A DNA stretch of 64,000 bases from Acidimicrobiia bacterium (GTDB taxonomy: Bacteria; Actinomycetota; Acidimicrobiia; Spongiisociales; ZC4RG35), in NCBI GenBank assembly GCA_036396635.1, contig DASWKM010000092.1:9798-73797 (forward strand). The letters are read 5' to 3'. The position numbers were made by a program, and so were the translations under genes. Below, one piece after another: positions 41,228-51,042 of this stretch. Each line of letters opens with the position of its first letter. Positions within the stretch are counted from its first letter, which is position 1. The notes beneath the pieces were generated by a model that was given only the letters and a program-made list of their open reading frames with translations, searched no databases and was not told the DNA's origin.

Positions 41228-42583
41228 CTAAAGGACCTTCGTCGCCATCTCGGCCAACGGTGAGCGCACGGTTCGCTCCAAGGTCACATGAGCAAACAGG
41301 CTTGAGTCCTTGAACTTCTCGATGAGGGCCGCCATGCCCCCGTACGGTGAGATATATGGATTGTCCACCTGGGACAGATCTCCACAGAACACCACCTTGG
41401 AGTCACGAGACATCCGGGTGAGGATGACCTTGAGCGTGGACAGCTCGAGGTTTTGTGCCTCGTCGATGATCACGAACTCGCCTGTGATCGACCGACCCCG
41501 CAGGTAGGTGACCGCGGCCATCTCCAGCTCGCCCCTGTCGACCAGCTCTTCGATGGCGCTGCGGGCGCCGTCGACTCCGGCGTCTGAGAACAACGCATAC
41601 AAGTTGTCGTGAACTGCGGCCATCCATGGGGCAAGCTTCTCATTGAGGTCGCCCGGGAGGTATCCCAGCTCCTGACGGCCAACGGCGACGAGCGGCCGGT
41701 AGACCGAGACCCGGCGATAACGACCCTGCTCCAGGACCTGTTCGAGGGCCGCAGCCAGGGCGAGGAAGGTCTTTCCGGTGCCCGCCATACCCATGATCGA
41801 CACCGCCGGGATGTCCGGATCCAGAAGCTGATGCAGTGCGACTGCCTGACGGACGTTTTTCGGCTCGACCCCAAATGCGCGCACATGGGTTGGCATTCGC
41901 TCGAGCACGACGGTGGGCTCGGCCTGGACCACCCGGGCAAGCGCCGACCTCGAGGCGCCATGACGCAACACCACGAACTCATTGACCGGTGCGTTTACCC
42001 CCTCGATCTCCATCTTTCCCTCGTCGAAGAGACGATCGATGGTGTGACCGTCCACGTGGTGCTCGACGATTCCCGAGTGGAGTTGCTCGACGGGAACGGT
42101 ATCGGCGCGGTAGTCCTGGACTCTGACTCCGAGCTGGGCGCCCTTGATGCGCAGCGCTGCATCCTTGGTCACGAGCACGGCGTCGATGCTCTCCGACAGA
42201 TTGAGGCAAGTGGCGAGGATCCGATGATCGGGTGTGGTTGGATCGAGGATGACGGGCAGCCGTTTCGACGTGATGCTGTTCAACTCGATCCGCAAGGTCC
42301 CCCCGCCGGGGATTCGGACCGGCTCACGCATTCCCCCGGATGCGGATGCGCCCAGGTCCTCCAGCAGTCGGATCGCCCCACGGGCGTTGGCGCCGACCTC
42401 GTCCAGCCGGGTCTTCTTCCGGTCGAGCTCCTCCACCACCACGAGAGGAAGCACGACGTCGTGCTCATCGAAGCGGAACAATGAGTTGGGGTCGGCGAGC
42501 AGTACACAGGTGTCGAGGACGAAGGTGGATGCCACCGGGGAGGTCTCCTTGGATGAGGTCGCCAACCCGGACAGCTTCATCAA
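41228..42583 (-). CDS. phoH2: PIN-domain/PhoH-like ATPase (PhoH2)
   Basis: N-terminal PIN (FVLDTCVLLADP). C-terminal PhoH ATPase Walker A MGMAGTGKTFLA. Confidence 0.85.
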   Translation of the reverse strand: MMKLSGLATSSKETSPVASTFVLDTCVLLADPNSLFRFDEHDVVLPLVVVEELDRKKTRLDEVGANARGAIRLLEDLGASASGGMREPVRIPGGGTLRIELNSITSKRLPVILDPTTPDHRILATCLNLSESIDAVLVTKDAALRIKGAQLGVRVQDYRADTVPVEQLHSGIVEHHVDGHTIDRLFDEGKMEIEGVNAPVNEFVVLRHGASRSALARVVQAEPTVVLERMPTHVRAFGVEPKNVRQAVALHQLLDPDIPAVSIMGMAGTGKTFLALAAALEQVLEQGRYRRVSVYRPLVAVGRQELGYLPGDLNEKLAPWMAAVHDNLYALFSDAGVDGARSAIEELVDRGELEMAAVTYLRGRSITGEFVIIDEAQNLELSTLKVILTRMSRDSKVVFCGDLSQVDNPYISPYGGMAALIEKFKDSSLFAHVTLERTVRSPLAEMATKVL

Positions 42584-42609
42584 TCCCCTGCTGAATTACA
42601 AGGATCGTG

Positions 42610-43029
42610 TCAGGCACTCTCGACTATCCGGAACACGGGGAAGCGGTGGGACACGCCGGCAAAGTCGTCGACCGTCGCCTCGCCGGGAACGTCCATGTAC
42701 TTGCGGGGAAACGACTCCCGACGGTAGTAAGCCTCCACCACCTGGGCAGCTTGGGCGGTCACTTCATCGAGTCGGACGTGTCGAATGTCTTTGCCGCTCC
42801 TGATGATGACTTCGGGGTTGGCCCGCACGTTGACCACCCAGCCAACCGAGCCGTATGGAGCGACGAGGTACTCGACACCGTCCAGTGTGATCGGCGACAC
42901 GGGGACTTCTCGCAGCACTCCTGACCGCCGGCCGAGCGTGGTGAGCGTCGTGAGCCGACCCACTCCCCGTCGCCCCAGCCACAGGCTGATCCACGTCACC
43001 GTCTTGGGCGCCTTGAACTGCTTGGCCAT
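42610..43029 (-). CDS. Nitroreductase-family deazaflavin (F420)-dependent oxidoreductase (DUF385/FDOR-A)
   Basis: LTTLGRRSGVLREVPV and NVRANPEVII align with Ddn-like F420H2-dependent reductases. Confidence 0.65.
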   Translation of the reverse strand: MAKQFKAPKTVTWISLWLGRRGVGRLTTLTTLGRRSGVLREVPVSPITLDGVEYLVAPYGSVGWVVNVRANPEVIIRSGKDIRHVRLDEVTAQAAQVVEAYYRRESFPRKYMDVPGEATVDDFAGVSHRFPVFRIVESA

Positions 43030-43038
43030 CCGCGGATC

Positions 43039-44769
43039 CTATCCGCGTCGTCTCGTGAACCACTTCGAGAAGTCATCGACGTTCAAGGCGTTGATCACCC
43101 GGTCTCTGGTGACCCATGCACGCTGCGCATAGAGCACCCCGTATCCCATTCGGCGTAGATCGGACACGTGGTGGGAGTCCGTGTCGATCACCACATCGAC
43201 GCCTGCATTGACCGCCTGGCGCGCCACATCGGTCGTGGCATCGAGACGGTCCAGTGCTCCGTTGATCTCGAGTGCAACCCCTGTCACGGCAAGACCTTCG
43301 ATGACCGCCTCGATGTCCAATTCGACGCCGGGCCGGCGTCCGACATATCGACCGCTCAGATGTCCGATCGCGTTGACACTCGGATCGGAGAGCGCTCTGA
43401 GGATGCGTGCAGTCTGTGTGTCCCTGGGAAGGTCGAAGTGGGAGTGAATCGAGGCCACGCAATAATCGAACTCGAGCCGGAACCCAGAGTCGTAGTCGAG
43501 TCCTCCATCGGGGCCGATGTTCAACTCACAGCCGAAGAGTATCTCGATTTCCGGTGTCTCATCGTTGAGCCGACGGATCTTCTCACGGTGCTCGATCATC
43601 TGCTCACGGGTCGATCCGTTGATGGCGAGGTCCTCGCCGTGATCGGTGAACGCGACGTAGCGATACCCGGCGTCGATCGCCGCCCCGATCATCTCCTCCA
43701 GTGACGAGCGGCCATCCCCGGAGCGATCGCAGTGGTAGTGGAGGTCACCTTGTATGTCGGCACGCGCCACGAGGTCGGGCAATCCTCCGGCGACGGCTGC
43801 CTCGACCTCTCCCCCACCCTCCCGGAGCGTCGGTGGGATGTATCCCATGCCAAGGGCGGCGTAGATCTCTGACTCGGTCTTCGAGGCGACGACCACGTCC
43901 TCGTCGAACAGCCCGTACTCGGAGAGCAGCCATCCGCGGTCCATGGCCTTCTGTCTCAGTTGGATGTTGTGCGCCTTTGATCCGGTGAAATAGAGGAGGG
44001 CCGAACCGACTTGGTCCGGCTTCACGGTCCGCACATCCACCTGGAGACCTTCCCTGGTCAGGAAGGACGTCTTGGTCTCCCCAGTGCCAACCACGTCGGC
44101 CACCTCGGGGAATGACAAGACGGTCTGATGAACGGAGACCGGGTCAGAGGTCGCCACGACGATGTCGATGTCCCCCACCGTCTCCGAGAACCGCCGGAAC
44201 GACCCGCAGGGCACCGCCTCGCTGACACCCGCGGTGGCGCCGATCCGGTTCGCCAGTGAGTGGGCGAATCCGTAGACCTCCACGAGCGGTGTCCTCCGGT
44301 CCTTCCCATGCATCCCGAGACGCTCGATGGCCTTCTTGATCTTCCCCTCAGATTTCTCCCCCAGACCGGGGAGATCGCGTAGGCGCTCGGCATCGATCGC
44401 CGCCTTGAGGCTTTCGATGTCCACCACCCCGAGTTGAGAGCGAATCATCTTCAACGTCTTGGGGCCAAGACCGGGGATCTTGGTCAGCTCGACGAACTTG
44501 GGCGGATACATCTTCCGCAAAGTCTCGAGCTTCGCCACGGTCCCGGTCATGTCCAACTCGAGGATCTTGTCGGCCGTGGAACCACCCACGCCCTTGATCT
44601 TGATCAGCTCCGCCTTTGACAGCCCTTCGATGTCGCCCGGGTGGGCATCGATTCCCGCGATGGCATTCTCGTAAGCGCGCACCTTGAACGCTTGCGGCGA
44701 TCCCTCGTCGAGCGCGGTGAGCTTGGCCAGCTCCACCAGCATCCGGATCGCATCCGATCGTGTGACCAT
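43039..44769 (-). CDS. polX: DNA polymerase X with PHP 3'-5' exonuclease domain
   Basis: Pol-beta-like N-terminus (HhH, GSFRRFSETVGDIDIV). C-terminal PHP domain (HCDRSGDG, HGEDLAI, IDTDSHH). Confidence 0.88.
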   Translation of the reverse strand: MVTRSDAIRMLVELAKLTALDEGSPQAFKVRAYENAIAGIDAHPGDIEGLSKAELIKIKGVGGSTADKILELDMTGTVAKLETLRKMYPPKFVELTKIPGLGPKTLKMIRSQLGVVDIESLKAAIDAERLRDLPGLGEKSEGKIKKAIERLGMHGKDRRTPLVEVYGFAHSLANRIGATAGVSEAVPCGSFRRFSETVGDIDIVVATSDPVSVHQTVLSFPEVADVVGTGETKTSFLTREGLQVDVRTVKPDQVGSALLYFTGSKAHNIQLRQKAMDRGWLLSEYGLFDEDVVVASKTESEIYAALGMGYIPPTLREGGGEVEAAVAGGLPDLVARADIQGDLHYHCDRSGDGRSSLEEMIGAAIDAGYRYVAFTDHGEDLAINGSTREQMIEHREKIRRLNDETPEIEILFGCELNIGPDGGLDYDSGFRLEFDYCVASIHSHFDLPRDTQTARILRALSDPSVNAIGHLSGRYVGRRPGVELDIEAVIEGLAVTGVALEINGALDRLDATTDVARQAVNAGVDVVIDTDSHHVSDLRRMGYGVLYAQRAWVTRDRVINALNVDDFSKWFTRRRG

Positions 44770-44977
44770 CCGCCGAGATTATCCGCGGGCTCCTGGGTCC
44801 TGGCCTTGAGGAGGGGCTCTGGCGAGGTTCCACCGGGACCCGGAGACCGCGGCATCGACCGGACGCGGCTCAGAGATCGTTCGCTGGACGGCCCGGCGAT
44901 GATGACCACCCGTGACGACGGAGCTCTAACCTCGTTCACCGGGCAGGTGGGATTCGGTCACCGCCACAGCACACCAG

Positions 44978-45364
44978 TCACCGATCGATCCACAGTCTCG
45001 GGTCGAACTCGGCCCGAGCCGCAGCCTCGACCGTCAGCATCCCAAAGATGGGCACGTCGATAGCCACGCCGGTGACCACCTCCACTGTTCGAAGGCCCAA
45101 TCCCCCGTCGATCGGGCAGCTGCAGCTGATCAGCTCCGCCCCATTACGCCGGGCCATGTCCCGAGCCGCCGCGGTCGGCTCGGCCGTCGCAGCAGGGGGA
45201 TATGTTGCGACCGCCGCGGCCAGGGCCGCGGCATCGGCGGCGTTGGTCGCCTGGGCTCTTGCCGAGTAGGCCAATCCCATTGACGTCACCGTCATACCGA
45301 GCACGGCAATGACCGCCACCAGCCCGCTCATGGCGATGGCCAGCGAGCCGTCATCATCCCTCAT
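44978..45364 (-). CDS. TadE/TadG-like pseudopilin
   Basis: N-terminal hydrophobic segment AIAMSGLVAVIAVLGMTV, similar to Rv3654c/Rv3655c-like proteins of the actinobacterial tad locus. Confidence 0.55.
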   Translation of the reverse strand: MRDDDGSLAIAMSGLVAVIAVLGMTVTSMGLAYSARAQATNAADAAALAAAVATYPPAATAEPTAAARDMARRNGAELISCSCPIDGGLGLRTVEVVTGVAIDVPIFGMLTVEAAARAEFDPRLWIDR

Positions 45365-45744
45365 CTCTCGACGAGCATCGAGGCGGTGGCCGTCACCTCG
45401 ATCCCGAAACCGGCCGGGAACGGAACTCCAAACATATGCGTGATCCTCGCGGTGACACTCGCCGGCCTTCCCACCGCTCCCGGCCGTGTCACCGAGATTC
45501 GCACACGGTCCCGCTCCCCCGGGTCGAGCGCGGCCCGCACCGCGTCGACCGCTCGGGCCGGATCTGGGGTGGTGGCCGCCACACGGGCGCCCTCCCTCAC
45601 CGCCCCGAGCAACTCGATTCGGGTGCGAGCCACCGAGATCACCTGGATCCCGGCCGCCAGCACGAGGATCAGGAGCGGGATGACCAGGAAGAACTCGATC
45701 GTGACCGAGCCCCGATCGCCGCTCAGAACGCCTTCGTCACCCAA
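45361..45744 (-). CDS. tadE: TadE family protein
   Basis: GSVTIEFFLVIPLLILVLAAGIQ is a TadE-like N-terminal motif. Confidence 0.65.
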   Translation of the reverse strand: MGDEGVLSGDRGSVTIEFFLVIPLLILVLAAGIQVISVARTRIELLGAVREGARVAATTPDPARAVDAVRAALDPGERDRVRISVTRPGAVGRPASVTARITHMFGVPFPAGFGIEVTATASMLVER

Positions 45745-45935
45745 GAGATGACCTTTCCGAACAGGTCACCGAGCATCCCGCCACCACTCCCCGACTGCAA
45801 CCACTTCAACGCGATGATCGCCAGAGCGGTGGCTGCGAGGATCACCAGGAAGTACTCCACGGTCGCCTGACCCCGCTCAGACTCGAGTCGTGTCACCGCC
45901 CAACTCCATAAACGTGTCATTGACACTCCTTCCAA
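45723..45935 (-). CDS. flp: Flp family type IVb pilin
   Basis: 70 aa. Prepilin processing motif G/ATVEYFLVILAATALAI. Confidence 0.75.
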   Translation of the reverse strand: MEGVSMTRLWSWAVTRLESERGQATVEYFLVILAATALAIIALKWLQSGSGGGMLGDLFGKVISWVTKAF

Positions 45936-45971
45936 TCCGGTTGCCGACCGGTGCGGGAGGAAGTGCGGAGA

Positions 45972-46511
45972 TCACGAGAGCACCCCGGTGAGGTCTTCGA
46001 ACATGCCGAGGAGTGAGGGCGCATAGAGCGCCAATATCAGACCGGGGAGCATCAAGAGCGTGACGGGAAGCATCAGGAGTACCGGTAGGGAGCGCGCCCT
46101 CGCGATCCGCCTGGCCCTTTCTGAGGCGAGCTCGCCATCGAGCAGACGGCGCACGGTCCCGCTCAGTGACGCCCCGGACCGCTGTGCCCGGGAGAGATGA
46201 GCGATCACCGGCCGCAGACGGTGATCGGCATGGGCCAGCGATGCGGTGAGACCGGAGACACGGGCCACCCGCGAGACACGACGCAGGTTTTCGTGTTCGG
46301 GTAACGAGACGGCGACCTCGATCAGTGAGGCGAGCACCGACAACCCAGAGCGCAACTCAACCAGCAGCAGCAACAGCACGAGGGTCATGGGTGGCTCCGG
46401 CTCGGGGCGATTGGCGAGCCGCTTCGATGCAAGAGGCAATAGGGCACCCGCTGCTGCGCCAAGGGGGCCTGCGATGAGGGCCCCGAGACATGCGGTGAGG
46501 ACCGACGTCAA
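45972..46511 (-). CDS. tadC: Type II secretion system F family protein (TadC)
   Basis: Polytopic inner membrane protein between flp and tadB/cpaF. Confidence 0.65.
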   Translation of the reverse strand: MTSVLTACLGALIAGPLGAAAGALLPLASKRLANRPEPEPPMTLVLLLLLVELRSGLSVLASLIEVAVSLPEHENLRRVSRVARVSGLTASLAHADHRLRPVIAHLSRAQRSGASLSGTVRRLLDGELASERARRIARARSLPVLLMLPVTLLMLPGLILALYAPSLLGMFEDLTGVLS

Positions 46512-47155
46512 CGGCCGGCCCTCCAGAGAACGAGCGAAGAGATGCCGAAGCCCAAGGCAAACACACCCAACCCGATGAGTGCCACCACCCGCTGCTCCGA
46601 TGATGCGAGCAGCCGGCCGAGATCTCCCGAGCCAAGTTGTGAGGCCATGAAGAGCATCGGGGCCCCCACCAGCACCAGGGCCGTGAGCTTTCCCGGGGCG
46701 GTGGCCACCCGAACCTCCCGGCTGATCTCCGACTGGGCGATCGCCAGCGATCCGATCTCATCGAAGAGGGCAGCCGCATCACTGCCCGAACGGGACGCAT
46801 TGACGATCGTCAGGCGAAGCTCCTCTCCGATGTTGGGGAACTCGGAGGCGACAATGGCGGCCACCTCCGTCATCGGAGAACCAGATAGCAAGCCGAGAGA
46901 ATGTGACCGAGCCCCCACCGACGTGACTGATGTGGTGAGGGCGTCGCGAAGGGTGGCCCCGGATCTCAGCTCGGAGGCGACGCCCTCACAGAATAGGGCT
47001 GGCCGGGACTCTTCGACTGCCCTCGACTTCCACACGACGAGGGCGATCAGGCCGACCACCGCATATGGCAGGAACGCCACACCTGCCAAGATGGCAAGCC
47101 GTCGCGGATCGACCCCCAAGGCAAAGCCGACAGCGAGACCAACGGTGGTGATCAT
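46508..47155 (-). CDS. tadB: Type II secretion system F family protein (TadB)
   Basis: GspF-like membrane protein directly downstream of cpaF. Confidence 0.65.
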   Translation of the reverse strand: MITTVGLAVGFALGVDPRRLAILAGVAFLPYAVVGLIALVVWKSRAVEESRPALFCEGVASELRSGATLRDALTTSVTSVGARSHSLGLLSGSPMTEVAAIVASEFPNIGEELRLTIVNASRSGSDAAALFDEIGSLAIAQSEISREVRVATAPGKLTALVLVGAPMLFMASQLGSGDLGRLLASSEQRVVALIGLGVFALGFGISSLVLWRAGR

Positions 47156-48465
47156 CGGGACCCACCGGACAGCTCATCCGTCTCGCTGATGGCGGAGATC
47201 CGCCGCTCGATCCCGACCCTGTCTATCTGCACCACCAGATCGACGGCAGACCTGAGCTGCCGCGATATCGCCGACTCCGATGTGTCGCCTGCGCTGAGTG
47301 CGAGCGTCTCCAGACGCAATAGCGCCTCGGAGGGAGAGTTGGCGTGCACCGTGGTCAGCGAGCCACGGTGCCCGGTGTTCATAGCCGAGATGAGGTCCAG
47401 CGCCTCCGGCCCTCTCACCTCACCGACGATTATCCGGTCGGGTCGAAGGCGGAGGGCCGACTTGAGGAGAGACCTGATCGTGATCTCACCAGCCCCCTCG
47501 GCATTCGCCGGCCTCGCCTCGAGGCGGACGACGTGACCTGGAAGCCTCAGCTCGGCTGCGTCCTCGATGGTCACCAGCCGCTCGCCACTGTCGATCTGAC
47601 CGACCAGCAGGTTGAGCAACGTCGTCTTGCCTGCTCCGGTGCCGCCCGAGACGACAATGGTCTGCCGGTCCTTGACTCCTGCCATGAGACGATCCGCCTG
47701 GTCTTTGCTGGCAGTCCCGGCCATGACGAGGTCATCGAGGCTGGCGACCCGCTGGGTGAATCGTCGGATCGCCAGGAGGGGATGGTCCACCGACGCCGGC
47801 GGAAGCACGGCATGAAGACGGCTGCCGTCAGGGAGTCGAGCATCGACCATGGGTGACGCACGGTCGATCCGGAGCCCCAAGGGAGCGATCACGCGCTCGA
47901 TGGTGGCGACCAGCTCATCCTCGGACCCGAACCTTCGGGATGTCCTCTCCAGTCCCATCCCTCGATCGACCCAGATCTCCGAGGGACCGTTGACGAGCAC
48001 ATCGCTTACCTCCGCGTCGTTGAACAGCTCCTGGATCGGGCCCAGGCCGATCACACGGTGGACAACCCGGTCGACCTCCTCGGTGGTGTGCCAGGAAAGC
48101 TCCGTGCTCAGCAGCCTTTCTGCCTCTAAGGCGAGCTCGCTCGGGGTGAATGCGGTGTCGCCGACCGCTATCGCGCGGCTCACTCTGTCGATCACGCCCA
48201 TGGCATCTCCCAGACCGGTCGCCAGGCTTCGATCCAACCGCTCCTTCTCGGCAAGGACCCATTCAGCAACCGTCGCAGCACACCCGGTCGAAGACGAGGC
48301 AGAACGGGTCCGGGCCCGGGTGGCTTCTGACCGCTCACCAAGGGCTGCCACACGCCCGGAAGAGGGGCTGGGGCAGGAACCAGCCTGCCGGGATAGAGCG
48401 GTGTCACCGGGACGATGGGAAACCGCCAGCCGGGGGCATCGACGCGAATCACGACCGCCGGCCAC
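47152..48465 (-). CDS. cpaF: CpaF/TadA family secretion ATPase
   Basis: Walker A VVSGGTGAGKTTLLNLL. Asp box and His box of VirB11/CpaF ATPases. The N-terminal about 100 aa of the ORF are probably spurious, and the real start is likely near 48130-48240. Confidence 0.82.
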   Translation of the reverse strand: MAGGRDSRRCPRLAVSHRPGDTALSRQAGSCPSPSSGRVAALGERSEATRARTRSASSSTGCAATVAEWVLAEKERLDRSLATGLGDAMGVIDRVSRAIAVGDTAFTPSELALEAERLLSTELSWHTTEEVDRVVHRVIGLGPIQELFNDAEVSDVLVNGPSEIWVDRGMGLERTSRRFGSEDELVATIERVIAPLGLRIDRASPMVDARLPDGSRLHAVLPPASVDHPLLAIRRFTQRVASLDDLVMAGTASKDQADRLMAGVKDRQTIVVSGGTGAGKTTLLNLLVGQIDSGERLVTIEDAAELRLPGHVVRLEARPANAEGAGEITIRSLLKSALRLRPDRIIVGEVRGPEALDLISAMNTGHRGSLTTVHANSPSEALLRLETLALSAGDTSESAISRQLRSAVDLVVQIDRVGIERRISAISETDELSGGSR

Positions 48466-48746
48466 CGACTGGCGAGACGATCGATCACTTCGGAGGCGAT
48501 GTCGGGGTCGACGCCCCCGCCAGAGATGAGGGCAAGTCCCGACCTGCCCGGGCTCAGCTCGGAGACGCTCGGCCCGTCCGCCACGATGTCCCTGAGATTT
48601 CGCCGGCCGCCTGATGCGATGGCCACTGTCATGTCGACGATCAGGGCGGTGCCCACCGATGCGCCGAGGCCGATCGCTGCCACCATCGACAGCATCGGGT
48701 CCGGCGAACGGATGCCGAGCATCGGGTGTCTCCCCATCCCAACCAT
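48192..48746 (-). CDS. CpaE/Ssd-like protein with degenerate P-loop (possible pseudogene)
   Basis: Occupies the position of septum-site-determining protein Ssd/CpaE. AAIGLGASVGTALIVD resembles a MinD/ParA deviant Walker A that has lost KGGxGK. The C-terminal third is Arg/Pro/Trp-rich and overlaps cpaF by about 270 nt. Confidence 0.35.
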   Translation of the reverse strand: MVGMGRHPMLGIRSPDPMLSMVAAIGLGASVGTALIVDMTVAIASGGRRNLRDIVADGPSVSELSPGRSGLALISGGGVDPDIASEVIDRLASRWPAVVIRVDAPGWRFPIVPVTPLYPGRLVPAPAPLPGVWQPLVSGQKPPGPGPVLPRLRPGVLRRLLNGSLPRRSGWIEAWRPVWEMPWA

Positions 48747-48814
48747 GCTCCGAACATATGTGGAGTCCGGGTGCGGATCAATACCCTCGTGGCGGGCCCG
48801 GTTAACTTGACCGA

Positions 48815-49588
48815 GTGACCGCAGTCGCGTTCTTCGACCTGGACAAGACGATCATCGCCAAGTCCTCGACACTCGCCTTCACCCGGCCGATGTTCAAGGC
48901 CGGCTTGCTCAGGGGATCAACCCTGGCGAAGGCCGGTATCGCCCAGGCCTACTACCAGGCTTTTGGCGCCGATCACGATCAACTCGAACGTGTGAAGGAA
49001 GAGTTGACCAGCCTCACCAAAGGGTGGGATCGAGCCGAGGTCGAGGCGCTCGTCGAGGAAACCGTCGATGAGGTGGTCGCCCCCCTCGTCTACGCCGAGG
49101 CGTTGGCCATCATGGCGGAGCACCGTGGCCACGGACGCCGGGTGGTGGTGCTCTCCGCCAGCCCCGAGGAGATCGTCAAGCCCCTGTGTCGATATCTCGG
49201 CATCGACGACGTGATCGCCACCCGCGCCGCGGTCGATGAGGAAGGGCGTTACACGGGTGAGCTGGAGGTCTATGCCTACGGGTCGGGCAAGGCCGATGAA
49301 ATGCGGAGGATGGCCGACGACGAGGGCATCGACCTCGAGGCGAGCTATGCATACAGCGACTCGATCACGGACCTCCCGATGCTGGAGGCCGTTGGTCACC
49401 CGGTCGTGGTCAACCCTGATTCTGAGCTCGCCGCCATAGCGGCCGAACGGGGTTGGGAGGTGCGCCGCTTCGAGTCCCAGGTGACGCTCAGGGACAAGCT
49501 TCCCGCCATCGCCGCATCCGGGGCCGTTGCCACCGGAATCGCCGCAGTCCTTGCCTATTGGGCACTCAAGGGGAGGAAATCGGGCTGA
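48815..49588 (+). CDS. HAD-IB family hydrolase (SerB-like)
   Basis: Motif I FFDLDKTII. Motif IV-like SDSITDLPML. Next to the tad locus, as Rv3661 is in mycobacteria. Confidence 0.75.
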   Translation: MTAVAFFDLDKTIIAKSSTLAFTRPMFKAGLLRGSTLAKAGIAQAYYQAFGADHDQLERVKEELTSLTKGWDRAEVEALVEETVDEVVAPLVYAEALAIMAEHRGHGRRVVVLSASPEEIVKPLCRYLGIDDVIATRAAVDEEGRYTGELEVYAYGSGKADEMRRMADDEGIDLEASYAYSDSITDLPMLEAVGHPVVVNPDSELAAIAAERGWEVRRFESQVTLRDKLPAIAASGAVATGIAAVLAYWALKGRKSG

Positions 49589-49907
49589 CGTCCCACCGGT
49601 GACCGAGGAGGTAGACCTGATCGAGAAGGTGCTCGATGCTCATCTCCCGATCACCCAGCTGATCCAGGACGACAACATTGAGGATGATGGCCTCGACGGC
49701 CCAAATCTCGTCACGATCGATCGAGGCGGTGATCACCCCTTCGGGGTCCACGTGTTTCAACGCATCCGTCACGGGTGCGACAACCATCGTCGCCAGGCCG
49801 ATTCCTGATGGGATGGGCCGGTCCAACGGTTGACCGTGTTTGTCGAAGGCAACCCAGCCATCGGTGAGTCGCTCGGCGAGACGGGCGGTTGAGATCATCA
49901 ACTGCAA
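49566..49907 (-). pseudogene. IspD-like cytidylyltransferase fragment (central segment only)
   Basis: ATMVVAPVTDALKHVDPEGVITASIDRDEIWAVE aligns with the IspD core (AAPVRDTMKR...TVDRNGLWHALTPQ). It lacks the N-terminal Rossmann GxG region. Divergent from and abutting the intact ispD. Confidence 0.4.
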
Positions 49908-49922
49908 AGTACCCTCGCCACG

Positions 49923-50573
49923 ATGACGTCACGGGCCATGGTGATTGTGGGTGGCGGCTCGAGCTCGAGATTCGGGGCGGACAAGCTCACGATCGAGGTC
50001 GCAGGTCGACCGCTGATCGCGCACACCATCGCCGCGGTCAGAGAGCACGTAGACGACTGTGTGCTGGTATGCCACCCGGACCGGGTCGAAGCGATCGCAA
50101 GTCTCGGGCTCGATGTCGTGATCACCCCAGGTGGCGCCACGCGGACCCTCAGCGAGCTCGCCGGGCTGGCCGTCATTGACGCAGCCACACAATTGATCGG
50201 GATCCATGATGCGGCTCGACCTCTCGTCGACGGGGAGTTGATCGAGTCCCTCTTCGTGACCGCTGCCGAATACGGTGGAGCGGTCCCGATAGTCGGCGCT
50301 GACGAGCTCATGGTCCACCGGCGAACGATGAGACCTGTCGCGGGCCTCGGCCGGGCACAGACCCCACAGGTGTTCAACGGCCCGGTGCTGCTGAATGCGT
50401 ACGCACGAGCGGCTGAATCCGGCTTCGAGGCCCGCGACACGGCAGAAGTGGTGGAGCGCTTCAGCGACCTCGTCATCGCCGCAGTCCCTGGTGACCATGC
50501 CAATGTGAAGGTCACTTACCGGGAGGACATCGCAGCCGTTGCTACTCGCCTGAGAGATACTTCTCGTACCTGA
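49923..50573 (+). CDS. ispD: 2-C-methyl-D-erythritol 4-phosphate cytidylyltransferase
   Basis: VIVGGGSSSRFG (CTP-binding loop). IHDAARPLV. RAQTPQVF. Confidence 0.85.
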   Translation: MTSRAMVIVGGGSSSRFGADKLTIEVAGRPLIAHTIAAVREHVDDCVLVCHPDRVEAIASLGLDVVITPGGATRTLSELAGLAVIDAATQLIGIHDAARPLVDGELIESLFVTAAEYGGAVPIVGADELMVHRRTMRPVAGLGRAQTPQVFNGPVLLNAYARAAESGFEARDTAEVVERFSDLVIAAVPGDHANVKVTYREDIAAVATRLRDTSRT

Positions 50574-51042
50574 CCTCGGTCACCTGGACGCCACCGATCT
50601 CCTCGACCCGGAAGGGCCTTCCCACGACCCACCCGTGCCGCTCATAGAAACGTCGGGCCCCGTCGTTGCCTTCGAGGACCCAGAGCAGGGCGCGGTCGAA
50701 CCCTGCTGCTCTGAGCTTCTCCTCACCGGCAACGAGGAGCTCGCCCCCATACCCGGAGCGCCAGTGATCGGGGTGGACGTAGATGCTGAAGATCTCACCC
50801 CAGCCGGCATCCTCCGAGCGGCCCGCCGAACAGAACCCCACCACGCGCTGGTCACCGACCACGTGCACCTCCCCACCATCATCGATCAGCCGGCGCCACC
50901 ATTGGATGCGACGGTGTCGGTCCAGCCCGGCGAGGAACTCGGGAGGGAACACGTCTCGATAGGCGCGCTGCCACGTGGTGACATGGACGTCGGCCAAGTC
51001 CTCGGCGTCGGCCGCAGTGGCCAGACGAACCCGATCAGCCAT
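50542..51042 (-). CDS. GNAT family N-acetyltransferase
   Basis: Acetyl-CoA binding region GYGGELLVAGEEKLRAAGF...ARRFYERHGW. Start taken at MADRVRL. Confidence 0.7.
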   Translation of the reverse strand: MADRVRLATAADAEDLADVHVTTWQRAYRDVFPPEFLAGLDRHRRIQWWRRLIDDGGEVHVVGDQRVVGFCSAGRSEDAGWGEIFSIYVHPDHWRSGYGGELLVAGEEKLRAAGFDRALLWVLEGNDGARRFYERHGWVVGRPFRVEEIGGVQVTEVRYEKYLSGE

